Source of the DNA: Nannocystis bainbridge | GTDB lineage: Bacteria > Myxococcota_A > Polyangia > Nannocystales > Nannocystaceae | Length of the DNA: 64,000 nucleotides | Reading direction: 5' to 3' | Assembly (NCBI RefSeq): GCF_028368995.1 | Contig: NZ_JAQNDL010000003.1 | Coordinates: 960,001 to 1,024,000 of the forward strand | Shown here: piece by piece, positions 51,180 to 61,273 of the stretch | How the letters are laid out: each line of letters opens with the position of its first letter | Numbering within the stretch: the stretch's first letter is position 1 | Translations under genes and position numbers: made by a program | The notes under the pieces: generated by a model | The model's input: only the letters and a program-made list of their open reading frames with translations | Databases searched by the model: none | Told to the model about the DNA's origin: nothing

Positions 51180-52856
51180 TCAACCGGCCAGCAGCATCAC
51201 GAGCAAGCCGACCAGGATCAGCAGGCCGCAGCCGACGTTGACGATGATCAGCGTCTTCTGCAGCGACCACTCCGCCGGCTTGCGGACCAGCGCAGCGGCG
51301 GCGTGGCCGTCGAGGGCCATCGTCGCCTCGTTCGGGCGCGCCCGCGACTGCACCGCGGCGGCCGCGTCGGGCATCGCCATCGTCGTCTCGCCCTGCGGGA
51401 TGTTCGGGTCGGCCAGGATCATCGTCGTGTCCTGCCGCGCCGGCATGCCGCCCTGGTCGGACAGGATCATCGTCGACTCGGCCCGCTGCGCCGACGGGTC
51501 CGGCAGGATCATCGTCGACTCGCTCGGCGGCGGCTTGCTCTGCCCGAGCACCACCGTGCCGCCGCTGCCGACGGCCGGGTGGCTGTCGGTGCGGAACACG
51601 ACCGTGCGATCGACGGGCGCCTCTTCGCCGGCGCCGGTGGTCGGCGCCACGACGGTGCGCCCGGCCCCGGTGGTCGTGGCCACGATCGTGCGGCCCGGCG
51701 CTTGCGGGTCGACGACCGTCGCGCTGACCGGCCGCAGCGTCGCGAGGTTGTTGGTGGGCCCGATCGAACCTGACCGTTGGGACAGGCTCGGTCCGACCAC
51801 CGTGCGATCGGCCTGCAGCTTCGGCGACTGCTGCATCAGCAGGTTGGCGCCGCTGCGGCCGGGACGCTTGGTCGACATCAACGTCGTCGTCGTGTCGTCC
51901 TCGTCGTCCTCCTCGTCGGTGATGGTGCCGGACGGGCGCGGGGTCTGGCCGCGCACCTCGATCATCGTGCCCGCGGCGGTCACCGGCGCGCCGGGAGTGA
52001 TCCCGGGGAACCGACGCACGTGGGCGATCGCGTCGGCCATCGCCTTGAGATCGGCGAAGCGCTCTTCGGGCTGTTTGCCGAGCGCGCGGCGGATGAGGCC
52101 CTCGACGCCGACCGGCACGCCCACGTCGGGCGCGACGTCGGCCAGCCGCGGCGGCGGCTCACCCATGATCTTGCGGGCGATCTCGTAATACGACTGGCCC
52201 TGGAACGGCAGCTGGCCGCTGACCAGCTCGAACAGCACGACCCCGAGCGCGAACACGTCCGTGCGCTCGTCGGTCGCCCGACCCTCGAGCTGCTCGGGCG
52301 CGCGGTAGTCGACGGTGCCGAGCGCCGAGTCGACGCGCGTGCTGTCGCTCGACACGATCTCGAGCTCGGCCGTCGCGTAGTCGAGGATCCGGACCTCGCC
52401 GCGGTCCGTGACGAAGATGTTGCTCGGTTTGAGGTCGCGGTGTGCGGTCCGCGTGCTCGCATAGACGGCGTGCAGGATCTCCGCCGTCTGGCCGCACAGC
52501 TCGAGCGCGCGCATCCACGGCATTCGGCCGACGCGCGCGCGCAGCTTGCCGACGTCGTCGCCGGTCAGCGAGTCCATCACCACGATCGGCGGGTTGCGCG
52601 AGGCCAGCCCGAGCCCGCGCGGCAGCACGAGCCCCGAGTGGCCGGCGCGACCGACCGTGGCGATCAACTTGGCGTAGCGGTCGAGCGCGTCGTCGCCGGC
52701 GCGCCCGGGCTCGAGGACCTTGAGCGCGACGGCTCGCTGGCCCTGCGTATCCCAGGCACGAAACACCTGCCCGACTCCCCCGCCTCCGAGGGACTCGCGC
52801 AGCTGGTAGCGACCGCCGACGACGGTGCCGATCCGATGTGACGAAGTGACTGTCAC
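51180..52856 (-). CDS. Ser/Thr protein kinase with C-terminal membrane anchor
   Basis: LGGGGVGQV, VALK, HRDLKPSN, DYA in place of DFG, GTVDYRAPE; Thr-motif repeats. Confidence 0.85.
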   Translation of the reverse strand: MTVTSSHRIGTVVGGRYQLRESLGGGGVGQVFRAWDTQGQRAVALKVLEPGRAGDDALDRYAKLIATVGRAGHSGLVLPRGLGLASRNPPIVVMDSLTGDDVGKLRARVGRMPWMRALELCGQTAEILHAVYASTRTAHRDLKPSNIFVTDRGEVRILDYATAELEIVSSDSTRVDSALGTVDYRAPEQLEGRATDERTDVFALGVVLFELVSGQLPFQGQSYYEIARKIMGEPPPRLADVAPDVGVPVGVEGLIRRALGKQPEERFADLKAMADAIAHVRRFPGITPGAPVTAAGTMIEVRGQTPRPSGTITDEEDDEDDTTTTLMSTKRPGRSGANLLMQQSPKLQADRTVVGPSLSQRSGSIGPTNNLATLRPVSATVVDPQAPGRTIVATTTGAGRTVVAPTTGAGEEAPVDRTVVFRTDSHPAVGSGGTVVLGQSKPPPSESTMILPDPSAQRAESTMILSDQGGMPARQDTTMILADPNIPQGETTMAMPDAAAAVQSRARPNEATMALDGHAAAALVRKPAEWSLQKTLIIVNVGCGLLILVGLLVMLLAG

Positions 52857-52860
52857 CTGG

Positions 52861-54354
52861 CTAGGACTTGTCCAGCTTGCCGACGAGCGACAGGGTGAAC
52901 TCGGCGCCCTCGAACTTGAGGTGCGGCTCGATGGCCAGGTTGCAGCGGAACCAGCCGACCTGCCCCTCGACCTCCTCGACGATCACCTTGGCCTTGCGCA
53001 GCGGCTTGCGCGAGCGGGTCGCGGCCGGCGGATCCGGCATGTCCGACACGTACTGACGGATCCAGTTGTTGAGCTCGCGGTCGAGGTCGGCGCGCGACTT
53101 CCAGGTGCCGATCTGCTCGCGCTGGAGGACCTTCATGTAGTGGGCGAGGCGCGTGATCACGAACATGTACGGGAGGCGCGTCCCGAGCATGTAGTTGGTC
53201 TGCGCCGCCAGACCCTCGGCGGTCTTGGCGAACACCTTCGGCCGCTGGATCGAGTTGGCGGAGAAGAACGACGCGTTGTCGCTGTCCTTGCGGAACACCA
53301 GGCCGATGAAGCCCTGCTCGGCGAGCTCGTACTCGCGGCGGTCGTCGAGCGAGGTCTCGGTCGGGATCTTGCTCTTCAGTTCGCCGCCCTGCTCATACTG
53401 GTGGAGCGGCAGGTTGTAGACCGCGCCGCCGCCCTGGGGGCCGATGATGTTCGGGCACCAGCGGTACTTGGCGAAGCTCTCGGCGATCTTGGCGGCCATC
53501 GCCAGCGACGCCGGGCCCCACAGGTACGCGTCGTGGTCGTCGATCACCTCCTCGGTGAAGTCGAAGGCCTTGACCCCGAGCTCGCTCTCGCGCTTGCCGT
53601 ACGGCGCGCGCAGCATGAAGCGCGGCATGCACATGCCGAGGTAACGGGCGTCCTCGGTCTCGCGCAGGCTGTTCCACTTGGCGTACTGCGGGCCCTCGAA
53701 CAGCGCCTGCAGGTCCTTGAGCTTGGGCAGGTCGGTGAACGACTGCACGCCGAACATCTTCGGTGCGGCGTTGCCGAGGAACGGCGCGTGCGACATGGCG
53801 CCCACGGCCGCGAACTGCTTGAGCAGCTGGATGTCCTCGGTCCCGGTGCCGAAGTCGTACGTCGAGCAGATCACCCCGTACGGCTTGCCGCCGAACACGC
53901 CGAAGTTGTTGCGGTAGATCGTGTTGTAGAGGCCCGACTTGGTGATGTCGGGCGCGTCCTCGAAGTCGACCCGGAGGTCTTCCTTGGTCGCGTTGACGAT
54001 CTCGAGGCGGACGTTCTCACGGAAGTCGATCTGGTCGACCAGGTACTTGAGGCCGCGCCAGGACGACTCGAGCTGGCGGACCTGCGGGTGATGCAAGATC
54101 TGGTTGACCTGAGAGGTGAGGCGGCGGTCGATGTCCGCGATCATCTCGTCGATGAGGCCCTTGTCGATCTTCGGCGCGACCGTGGGCGACCGCAGGAGAT
54201 CGTCCATCAGCTTGCGGGTGCCGCGGCGGACCAGCTCGTAGGCCTCGCCGTCGTTCGGGCCGAGCTTGGTCTCGGAGAGCAGCGAGTCGAGTAGCGAGTC
54301 TTGCAACTCGCCCGCTTGCCGCTGCGACGCTGTCTGGGAATTCGTGTCCGACAT
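52861..54354 (-). CDS. tssC: T6SS contractile sheath large subunit
   Basis: QVNQILHHP..LESSWRGL, SHAPF, SFAKYRW..IIGPQGGG, RLAHYMKVLQREQIG, LSLVGKL. Confidence 0.95.
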   Translation of the reverse strand: MSDTNSQTASQRQAGELQDSLLDSLLSETKLGPNDGEAYELVRRGTRKLMDDLLRSPTVAPKIDKGLIDEMIADIDRRLTSQVNQILHHPQVRQLESSWRGLKYLVDQIDFRENVRLEIVNATKEDLRVDFEDAPDITKSGLYNTIYRNNFGVFGGKPYGVICSTYDFGTGTEDIQLLKQFAAVGAMSHAPFLGNAAPKMFGVQSFTDLPKLKDLQALFEGPQYAKWNSLRETEDARYLGMCMPRFMLRAPYGKRESELGVKAFDFTEEVIDDHDAYLWGPASLAMAAKIAESFAKYRWCPNIIGPQGGGAVYNLPLHQYEQGGELKSKIPTETSLDDRREYELAEQGFIGLVFRKDSDNASFFSANSIQRPKVFAKTAEGLAAQTNYMLGTRLPYMFVITRLAHYMKVLQREQIGTWKSRADLDRELNNWIRQYVSDMPDPPAATRSRKPLRKAKVIVEEVEGQVGWFRCNLAIEPHLKFEGAEFTLSLVGKLDKS

Positions 54355-54392
54355 GTCCTAAAACTCCTTCTGCGAATCCGTGGCGGAGAGCC

Positions 54393-54902
54393 TCACGACC
54401 CCGGCTTGTCCTCGATCCCCAGCTCTTTCATCAGGCGATTGCGCTTGTCGGGGTCGCGCAGCGCCTCGACCAGCTTCTTCTTGAAGTCCGGCACGTTGCC
54501 GCCGACCAGCGGGCCCTTGAGGGCCGTGAGCGCGTTGCGCAGCTCCATCAGCTCCTTGAGCTGCGGCACCTGCTCGACGATCCCCTCGGGGCGGAAGTCC
54601 TTCAGCGTGTCGAACTTGAGGCTGAGCGAGAGGTCGCCCTGATCGCCGTCCGTCAGCTTGTTGGTGACGCTGATGTCGGTCTCGAGCTTCTGCGCCGCCA
54701 TCACCTTGTCGAAGTTGTCCTTGTCGACGTTGATGGGGACGCGCTCCTCGACCGGCCGGTCGTCCTGGCGCCCCGTGAAGTCGCCGAGCATGAGGATCTT
54801 GAGCGGGAGCTCGACGTCCTCCTGCGCCCCGTCCGTGGCCGGCTTGTACGTGATGTTCACGCGCTCCTTCGGCGCAACCGATCCGTCTTTACCCTTGCTC
54901 AT
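54393..54902 (-). CDS. tssB: T6SS contractile sheath small subunit
   Basis: SVAPKERVNITY, VELPLK, DFRPEGIVEQVPQL, RNALTALKGP. Confidence 0.95.
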   Translation of the reverse strand: MSKGKDGSVAPKERVNITYKPATDGAQEDVELPLKILMLGDFTGRQDDRPVEERVPINVDKDNFDKVMAAQKLETDISVTNKLTDGDQGDLSLSLKFDTLKDFRPEGIVEQVPQLKELMELRNALTALKGPLVGGNVPDFKKKLVEALRDPDKRNRLMKELGIEDKPGS

Positions 54903-55251
54903 GAAGGCACCCATCCTCGCGGACACTACTGTTTTCGTCGCCCCGTCTGTCCCCGCGGTGCACCAGACAGCGCCACCTCTGCGGCATGGACCATAGAACG
55001 GCGAGCCGTCCGACGTCCAGAGCGTGCGAGAGGCGCCGCGATCGCGCGCGCGAAATCACCGCACGCTGACACCGACGTAACGCGGATGAGGGCGTGCCGG
55101 ACGTCGCCGCGCGCTCGCGCGAAAGTGACACCAGCGCGAATTTGCACATGCGCGATTCTGCGAGCCAAAGTCGCGTTGGAGGCCGCGCAGGCGCGAAAAT
55201 ACCGGTGTCGAGCCCGTAGCCGGCCCGGGGGCCTTTGATAAGGTGTCCCGC

Positions 55252-55746
55252 ATGGCTGAGACCGTCCATCTGTACCTGAAAGCGAATGGCCAAGACATCC
55301 AGGGCGAGAGCTCGCAGACCTCGCTGGGTCGCGAGAACTCCATCGAGTGCGTCGAATTCCAAGACAGCGTCCGCACCGCGCGTGAGCACGGCAGCCGTGC
55401 CGCCGTCGGTCGCCGCGTCCACGCGCCGATCCGGATCGTGAAGCGCATCGACAAGAGCTCGCCGCTGATCGCCAAGGCCCTGTGCCGCAACGAGAGAATC
55501 GACGCCGAGTTCAAGTTCTTCCGCCCGATGCCGACCGGCGACGGCACGACCGAGCAGTTCTTCACCGTCAAGCTGGAGAACGGCCGCGTCGACTCGATCG
55601 AGCGCCTCTCGCCCAACGCCCTCGACCCGGCCGAGGCCAAGGCCCCGCCGCTCGAGACCGTGAGCATCGTCTACCACACCATCACGTGGATCTTCGTCCC
55701 CACGGGCGCCGAGTTCGTCGACTCGTGGTCGAACAGCGACGGCTGA
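55252..55746 (+). CDS. hcp: T6SS tube protein Hcp
   Basis: IQGES..GRENSIE, GRRVHAPIRIVKRIDKSSPL, LETVSIVYHTITW. Confidence 0.92.
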   Translation: MAETVHLYLKANGQDIQGESSQTSLGRENSIECVEFQDSVRTAREHGSRAAVGRRVHAPIRIVKRIDKSSPLIAKALCRNERIDAEFKFFRPMPTGDGTTEQFFTVKLENGRVDSIERLSPNALDPAEAKAPPLETVSIVYHTITWIFVPTGAEFVDSWSNSDG

Positions 55747-55865
55747 TCGCCGTTCGTTGCACATAAAACGGCCTGGCGCGTGAGTTCGTCTCCGCGCCTG
55801 GCCGGCCTGGCTTTCTACTATAGCGTTCCCCCTCCCTCCCCACCTTTCCCCGCGAGAGACCCCGC

Positions 55866-58499
55866 ATGCGCGTCGACCCGAAAGCGATCGTTCGAAGGCT
55901 CAACCCGACCTGCACCTCGATGCTCGAGGCCGCGGTGTCCCACGCCGCCAGCTCCCGCTACTACGAGATCGTCCCCGAGCACCTGCTCGTCGCGATCTTG
56001 AGCGCCGAGGACACCGACGCGGCGAAGATCCTCTCGCACTTCAATCAGGACGCGACGCGCCTGCGGCAGCGCGTGCAGCGGGCCCTCGAGACCATGCGGA
56101 CCGGCAACGCCGGCCGCCCCGTGTTCGCCGAGACGCTCTTCCAGTGGCTCGAGGACGCGTGGGTCGTCGCCTCGCTGCAGTACGGCTCGACCGAGATCCG
56201 CACCGGCCACCTCATCCAGCAGTGGTGCGCCCGCGGCCACCGCTACAGCGCCGAGACGCTGCCCGAGCTGGCCGCGATCGACCTCGAGACGCTGCGCAAG
56301 GACCTCGAAGGCATCGCCGCCGGCTCGAAAGAGGCCGTGCGCGCGGCCTCGGCCCCTGCGGGCGGCACAGGCGGCGGCACCGCTGCTGCGACGCCGGTCG
56401 CCGCCGGCGAGCAGGCGCTGCGCCGCTTCACCTCGTCGTACACGGAGAAGGCCCGCGAGGGCAAGATCGACCCGGTGTTCGGTCGCCACCAGGAGATCCG
56501 CCAGCTGGTGGAGATCTTGATCCGCCGGCGCAAGAACAACCCGATCATCGTCGGCGAGCCTGGCGTCGGCAAGACCGCGCTCGTCGAAGGCCTCGCCCGC
56601 GCGATCGTCGAGGGCGACGTCCCGACCGCGCTGCAGGACGTCGAGCTGCTCGAGCTCGACATGGGCCTCATGCAGGCCGGCGCCGGCGTGCGCGGCGAGT
56701 TCGAGAAGCGCCTCAAGGCCGTCATCGAGGAGGTCAAGTCCTCGCCCAAGCCGATCGTCCTGTTCATCGACGAGGCCCACACCATCGTCGGCAACAAGGA
56801 CAACGACGCCACCAACATCCTCAAGCCCGCGCTGGCCCGCGGCGAGCTGCGCACGATCGCCGCCACGACCTGGTCCGAGTACAAGAAGTACTTCGAGAAG
56901 GACGCCGCGTTCGCCCGCCGCTTCCAGTTGGTCAAGGTCGACGAGCCGTCGGAGGACCAGGCGCTGGTCATGCTCCGCGGCCTGCGCGACACCTACGAGC
57001 GCACCCACACCGTGACGATCCGCGACGAGGCGCTGATCGCCGCCGTCAAGCTCAGCCACCGCTACATCTCCGGCCGTCAGCTGCCCGACAAGGCGGTCGA
57101 CCTGCTCGACACCGCTTCGACGCGGGTGAAGATCGAGCAAGCGTCGCGGCCCGAGGCGATGCTGCGCCAGGAGCAGGAGCTCGCGGCGCTCAGCCGTGAG
57201 ATCGGCGCGCTCGAGCGCGAGGATCGCGAGGGCAACCTCGTCGACCTCGCCCGCCTCGCCGAGCTGCGCGACAAGCTGCGGAGCGGCGAGAACGAGCGGA
57301 CCGCCCTCGACCGCCGCTGGCAAGAGGAGAAGGAGGCCCTGGGCGCCGTCGACAAGGCCCGCGAGGCCCTGCGCACCGCCGGCGACGCGGCCACCGACGA
57401 GCTCCGCGAGGCCAAGCGCACCGCCGACGCCACGCTGATCGCCGCCGGGGGCGAGGAGCGCCTGATCCACGCCGAGGTCGACAGCGACGCCGTCGCCCGC
57501 GTCGTCTCCAACTGGACCGGCATCCCCGTCGGCAACATGAAGCGCGACGCGATGGAGAGCCTGCTGCGCCTCGAGGACACCCTCACCGAGCGCGTCAAGG
57601 GTCAGCCCAACGCGGTCAAGGTCGTGTCGGAGACGCTGCGCATCGCCCACGCCGGCATCCGCAACCCGAGCACCCCGATCGGCGTGCTGCTGTTCGTCGG
57701 CACCAGCGGCGTCGGCAAGACCGAGACCGCGACGGCCCTCGCCGACCTGCTCTACGGCGGCGAGCGCTTCATGACGACGATCAACATGTCGGAGTTCCAG
57801 GAGAAGCACACGGTGTCGCGCCTGATCGGCTCGCCGCCGGGCTACGTCGGCTACGGCGAGGGCGGCGTGCTGACCGAGGCCGTGCGTCAGCGGCCCTACT
57901 CGGTGGTCCTGCTCGACGAGTGCGAGAAGGCCGACCTCGACGTCATGAACCTGTTCTACCAGGTGTTCGACAAGGGCATGCTGTCGGACGGCGAGGGTCG
58001 CCTCATCGACTTCAAGAACACGATCGTGATCCTCACCAGCAACCTGGCCTCGGACGCGATCATGAAGCAGACCGACAACGGCCTGACCCAGCGCTCGCCC
58101 GAGGAGTTGGTCGAGGCGATCCGGCCGACGCTGTCGAAGCACTTCAAGCCGGCGCTGCTGGCCCGCATGTCGATCGTGCCGTTCCAGCCGCTGCCGCCGG
58201 CGGTGCTGCGCGAGATCACCGAGCTCAAGCTCAGGGGCCTGCGCAAGCGCCTGATGGACAGCCACAAGATCGAGACCGAAGTGCTCGACGAGGTCTACGA
58301 CGCCATGGCCGCTCGCTGCAACGAGGCCGAGACCGGCGCCCGCAACGTCGATCACATCCTCCGCGGCTCGCTCATGCCGGTGCTCAGCCGCAAGCTGCTC
58401 GAGGCGTTCGCCGCTGGTCAGCAGCCGAGCAAGCTCCGCATCGGCCTCGGCAAAGAGGGCGAGGCCTGGGACATCACCTTCGACCCGCTGCCCGAGTGA
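55866..58499 (+). CDS. tssH: T6SS AAA+ ATPase ClpV
   Basis: RRRKNNPIIVGEPGVGKTA, GTSGVGKTETA, NMSEFQEKHTVSRL; ClpV-type N-domain; follows hcp. Confidence 0.93.
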   Translation: MRVDPKAIVRRLNPTCTSMLEAAVSHAASSRYYEIVPEHLLVAILSAEDTDAAKILSHFNQDATRLRQRVQRALETMRTGNAGRPVFAETLFQWLEDAWVVASLQYGSTEIRTGHLIQQWCARGHRYSAETLPELAAIDLETLRKDLEGIAAGSKEAVRAASAPAGGTGGGTAAATPVAAGEQALRRFTSSYTEKAREGKIDPVFGRHQEIRQLVEILIRRRKNNPIIVGEPGVGKTALVEGLARAIVEGDVPTALQDVELLELDMGLMQAGAGVRGEFEKRLKAVIEEVKSSPKPIVLFIDEAHTIVGNKDNDATNILKPALARGELRTIAATTWSEYKKYFEKDAAFARRFQLVKVDEPSEDQALVMLRGLRDTYERTHTVTIRDEALIAAVKLSHRYISGRQLPDKAVDLLDTASTRVKIEQASRPEAMLRQEQELAALSREIGALEREDREGNLVDLARLAELRDKLRSGENERTALDRRWQEEKEALGAVDKAREALRTAGDAATDELREAKRTADATLIAAGGEERLIHAEVDSDAVARVVSNWTGIPVGNMKRDAMESLLRLEDTLTERVKGQPNAVKVVSETLRIAHAGIRNPSTPIGVLLFVGTSGVGKTETATALADLLYGGERFMTTINMSEFQEKHTVSRLIGSPPGYVGYGEGGVLTEAVRQRPYSVVLLDECEKADLDVMNLFYQVFDKGMLSDGEGRLIDFKNTIVILTSNLASDAIMKQTDNGLTQRSPEELVEAIRPTLSKHFKPALLARMSIVPFQPLPPAVLREITELKLRGLRKRLMDSHKIETEVLDEVYDAMAARCNEAETGARNVDHILRGSLMPVLSRKLLEAFAAGQQPSKLRIGLGKEGEAWDITFDPLPE

Positions 58500-58806
58500 C
58501 GCCGCCGGCCCGGAGTTCTCCCGGGCCGACGACGTAGCCACACCCTCGCGGACGGACCCGTCCCCGAGGGTTTTCTGCTACCCGCGCCAGCAAGCGTCGC
58601 GTCACTCCGCGGCGCCTTCTTCGGCCACGAGGGCCCGCGGAACCTCGCTCCGCGAGCCCGCCCTGCCTCGCCTAGCGACGCTGCGGCCCCGCAGTGAGGC
58701 CTGGAGAGGGCGTGTCGGACCTCACGGTGATGGATCTTTGGGACATGTCCTGAAAGATCGGCCGCGTGGAATGTTTGGCGCGCCTGCGACGTAAGGCGCC
58801 TTCAGC

Positions 58807-59580
58807 ATGGAACCGAGCAAGCCCTCCGCCTCCCTCGATCTGCGACCGTTCGGCCTCCTCGGCGTCGGCGTCGCGCTGGTCCTCGCCACATACATCGCCA
58901 GCAGCACCTGGGAGCGCGTCCGTGTGCGCCCCGTGGTCCGCACGATCCAGGTCACCGGCTCGGCCAAGAAGCGCATCGTCTCGGACTTCATCGAGTGGAC
59001 CGCGACCGTCGAAGCCAGCGCCGACGGCCGCACCGAGGCCTATCGGGTGCTCCACGACAACGCCAAGCGCACCGAAGAGTTCCTGATCAAGCACGGCGTG
59101 CCCAAGGACCACATCTGGCTGTCCTCGGCCAGCGTCGACCCGTCCTACGAGACCGAGTATCACGGCACCGGCGAGAACCGCATCGAGAAGCAAGTGCTCA
59201 AGGGCTACGACGCGCTGCAGGAGATCAAGGTCCGCTCCAGCGACGTCGCCCTGGTGGAGAAGATGTCGCGCGAGGTCACCGAGCTGCTCGAGCAAGGCGT
59301 GACCGTCAGCTCCGACGCTCCGGAGTACTTCTACACGAAGCTCGGCGACGTGAAGATCGAGATGCTCGCCGAAGCCTCGCGCGACGCCCGAACCCGCGCC
59401 GACAACATCGTCGCCTCGGCCGGCGGCGCCGAGATCGGCGCGCTGCGCACGGCCGACATGGGCGTCATCAACGTGAACCCGGCAAACTCCACGACGGGCT
59501 CGTGGGACGGCAACAACGATACTTCGTCGCTCGAGAAGGACATCATCACGATCGTCCACGCTACGTTCGAGCTGAAGTAG
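58807..59580 (+). CDS. SIMPL (DUF541) domain protein
   Basis: TM, then TIQVTGSAK, ARTRADNI, GVINV, DTSSLEK. Confidence 0.85.
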   Translation: MEPSKPSASLDLRPFGLLGVGVALVLATYIASSTWERVRVRPVVRTIQVTGSAKKRIVSDFIEWTATVEASADGRTEAYRVLHDNAKRTEEFLIKHGVPKDHIWLSSASVDPSYETEYHGTGENRIEKQVLKGYDALQEIKVRSSDVALVEKMSREVTELLEQGVTVSSDAPEYFYTKLGDVKIEMLAEASRDARTRADNIVASAGGAEIGALRTADMGVINVNPANSTTGSWDGNNDTSSLEKDIITIVHATFELK

Positions 59581-59788
59581 GGCTCCGCGGGGTTGAGGGT
59601 TCTTGCTTGGCAAGCGACCCGCGAGAGGCGAGACCACTTGCCCAATGTTCGCACCAACTCGGGCACGGGCGCTGAACGGCGAGCCAGCCCTCGTCTCCCG
59701 CAGCCCGGCGGGTAGAGAGGCCGCGAGACCGCCTCGCGCGGCGCCAGACACGATTGGTACGTCGCCCGGGCAATCGTGGCTCGCCCGT

Positions 59789-60085
59789 TTACACGGGCTG
59801 GCCGAGTGCTTCCACCAGGCACTCCTCCGCGACACGAAGCTTGCCGCGTGTCGCAAAATCCCGGTCCACGGCATACATGCCCAGAACCTCCACGGCATAG
59901 GAATGGAACCCGACGGCCGCTTGCCGGTTCCAAAACTTGAACAGCCGAATCCCGCGCCGAAGGTCGCGAAACGGCGCATCCAATTCGTCGATCAGCCGTA
60001 TCTGTCGCTCGACAGACGTAGCGACGAATCTGTCGGTCTGGCGCCGCAGGATGAGCGCATGTTCGATATCATCACCCTCGACGAG
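59789..60085 (-). pseudogene. C-terminal fragment of a SMODS/CD-NTase-like nucleotidyltransferase
   Basis: Reads LVEGDDIEHALILRRQTDRFVATSVERQIRLI..IRLFKFWNRQAAVGFHSYAVEVL. Confidence 0.6.
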
Positions 60086-60086
60086 C

Positions 60087-60788
60087 TATTACCTCTACGT
60101 CCTGCTCGACATCTACAGCCGCTGCGTCGTCGGCTGGACCCTGGCGCACCGCGAGAGCGCCGACCTCGCCGCACGCCTGATCCGCGCCGCCTGCGACAAG
60201 CAGAACATCCAACCTGACCAATTGACCATTCACGCCGATCGCGGCGCCGTTCCCACGTCGCGCGAGCTCGCCGACCTCTACGATGCCCTGGGTGCCCGCC
60301 GCTCGCACAGCAGGCCCCACGTCAGCGACGACAACCCGTACTCGGAGGCCCACTTCAAGACCCTCAAGTACACCCACGACTACCCCGACCGCTTCGCCTC
60401 CTACGACGACGCCCACGCCTTCTGCGCCCGCTTCGTCGACGGCTACAACCATCACCACCGCCACTCCGGCATCGCCTTCCTGGCCCCCGCCGACGTGCAT
60501 TACGGCCGCACCGAGGCCATCCTGTCCATCAGGGCTGCCGCCCTCCACGCCGCCTTCGAAGCCCATCCCGAGCGCTTCGTCCGTGGAAGGCCCACGCCGC
60601 GCCGGCCACCCGCCGCGGTCTACATCAACCCACCGCGCCGCCTCGAACGCGGCCTTCGCGAGTACGACGTCCATGTCCTTTCGGACAGGTGCAGCACGAC
60701 CGATAGCCCACCGGACTGCTACTGCGGCGAAATCTCACATTCACTAAACAGGACCCGCGCCGTGTCTCAAAGTCATTGACAGGCTCCG
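60087..60788 (+). mobile_element. 5'-truncated IS3-family element (integrase core of the transposase)
   Basis: YYLYVLLDIYSRCVVGW, HADRG, SRPHVSDDNPYSEAHFKTLKY, YNHHHRHSG; no N-terminal part or left end. Confidence 0.85.
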
Positions 60789-61273
60789 ATCCCGACCGAG
60801 CCCCCTCTTCTTGAACTTGATCCGACCGAGTGTCGCTGCGACCGGACGATGGCGTGCCCGGCGTCAAGTTCGAAGCGTAAGCGCTGCTCTACACGCGCGT
60901 GGGCGGCCGATGACCGTACTCGGCAGCAGTTCCTCCCCGCGGGTCGTTTGCCAGATTCAATGGTCGAGATAAACGTAGAGGTCCTCGAGCTCTGCCCCGC
61001 GATGGCGTTCCCTTTGCCGATTGAACCGCCCACGCGGGTATCGGACGACACCGAACTCGCGGTTGTTTCAAGGGACAGAGCGTCTCCGACGCTCAGGATC
61101 TCCGCAGCGAACTCGTCGACATGTTCGGACGACGCGCCGCGTGAACGACCACGTGTCCGGATTCCAGCAGCCGGCGCAGGCCAGCAGGCACCCTGAACCC
61201 AGGCGACGAGTCGCTCGCCGGGGCCGTTCGCCGCGCTGCGGCGGAGGTGCGGGCGACGTTGAGCTTCATCCAT
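60788..61273 (-). pseudogene. N-terminal fragment of the same nucleotidyltransferase, frameshifted
   Basis: RVGGSIGKGNAIAGQS, then (shift) DLYVYLD, later RSQRHSVG (shift) KFKK. Confidence 0.55.

Noticed and set aside
58506-58528. Hairpin after clpV as an intrinsic terminator
   Set aside because: 8-bp GC stem with no U-tract; too weak to call.
55818-58541. Long antisense ORFs (here, and e.g. 29032-31707, 32138-34630, 7419-9590)
   Set aside because: Typical stop-poor shadows of high-GC genes, with no motifs and each lying opposite a well-supported CDS.
59603-60217. 204-aa plus-strand ORF, and the N-terminal part of ORF 59937-60779
   Set aside because: Antisense to the nucleotidyltransferase fragment; transposase similarity starts only at about 60087.
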